Below are positions 63,104 to 64,000 of a DNA stretch of 64,000 bases, piece after piece (the first letter of the stretch is position 1; each line of letters begins with the position of its first letter). Both the position numbers and the translations under genes were made by a program. Source of the DNA: an uncultured delta proteobacterium (GTDB lineage Bacteria > Desulfobacterota > Binatia > UBA9968); the NCBI GenBank assembly GCA_963745035.1, contig CAVUVW010000014.1, positions 160,001 through 224,000 on the forward strand, given 5' to 3'. Below the pieces are notes generated by a model. It had not been told where the DNA came from. It was given only the letters and a program-made list of their open reading frames with translations, and made no database searches.

Positions 63104-64000
63104 TCAGACTTCGATGAAGGCGAGCTCGCGCTTGCCGAGCCTTCTGGCGCCGTGGGCCTCGATGGCGACGGTGTCGCCGGCGCGAATGGAGTCGCGCATG
63201 AAGCCTTGCTTGCAGGCGGGTTTCAAGATGAACACGTGGCCCTCTTTGATCTTCTGCTCCTGCTCGGGAAAATCCGTGCGCGCGCCCCAGAGCATGGGCG
63301 CGTCCTCGCCGAGGCCGCGGCCGTGCAGGAGCGCGCCGTCAGGCTCGTAGCCGGCGGCCTGCACTTCGTCGCGGTAGAACTTGGCGACGGCGCCGAAGGT
63401 GACGCCGGGTTTCAAGAACCGCAGCATGCGCTCGAAAATCACTCTGGGTCGCATCGAAGATTTTCTCCAGCTCTTTGGGCTTGGGGCCGAGGGAGATCGG
63501 CTGCAGCGCCTGGGCGATGTAGCCGGCGTATTTGCCTTCGACTTCGGTGTTGATCAGATCGCCGGGCTTTAACCTGCGCGTGGTGAAGACGCGCTGCGCC
63601 CACGGCACTTCCGGACCGCCGGAGCCGAACAGCATCATGGTGATCGGCTCGCCGCCGCGCCGGACGATCTCGCGCAGCATCTCGGCGATCAACTCGTGCT
63701 CGCCGACGCCCGGCTTGGCGTTCGCGATCAACGCCTCGTTGGCGTGGCCGATAATTTCGGCGGCCTTTTCGATGAACGCCACTTCTTCGGCGCTCTTGAC
63801 CGCGCGGACTTCCTGCATCACGTCCGTGCCGTTGGCGAATTGCGCTTGCGGCAGCGCGCCGCGAATCTTCTCGATCGTCCCCCAGGGCACGACTCCTTCG
63901 GGCGCGCGCACGAGACCCGAAAGGCCGACGATGCCGACCCGCTCGGCGCGGAGCTCTTTCAGACGCTCGATCATGGGCTCGCCGTAAGAGCGGCGCGAGG
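63104..64000 (-). CDS. M24 peptidase/creatinase-fold protein, C-terminal part (frameshift near 63445)
   Basis: RAVKSAEE, KPGVGEHE, TEVEG, HGRGLGED; the start lies beyond the window. Confidence 0.8.

Overview
64 kb of a GC-rich bacterial genome. The large numbers of orphan TctC/Bug and SsuA/NMT1-type binding proteins, luciferase-like monooxygenases and short MetE-like enzymes suggest Candidatus Binatia or a relative (inference). The left ~20 kb is mostly housekeeping: frmA, coxSMG-like genes, olsBA-like lipid genes, rlmE, galT, glmSU, moaBDE and hemW. The rest is accessory catabolic and transport genes. About 18 single-base indels, including one in glmS, look like sequencing error. Main signals: (1) Two near-identical IS110/IS1111-type elements (32694-34117, 52582-54008) are both inserted at the AG of GTCCTG-AG-C(2-3 nt)GTCGAAGGA in a REP-like hairpin; the second hairpin is nested in a GTTCAA-rich repeat. 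An empty sister site lies at ~51288-51348. The predicted circle junction forms a TTGACA-17-TATGAT promoter. The downstream non-coding region has one stem-loop matching both strands of the circle junction exactly and another partly matching the target, so a bridge/seek RNA candidate can be read from the sequence. (2) A non-canonical cobalt nitrile-hydratase-like cluster: an alpha subunit with a ~150-aa repeated N-terminal extension, an SH3-only beta fragment, no beta N-domain gene, a divergent asparaginase-fold protein and a thiol-dioxygenase-like cupin.
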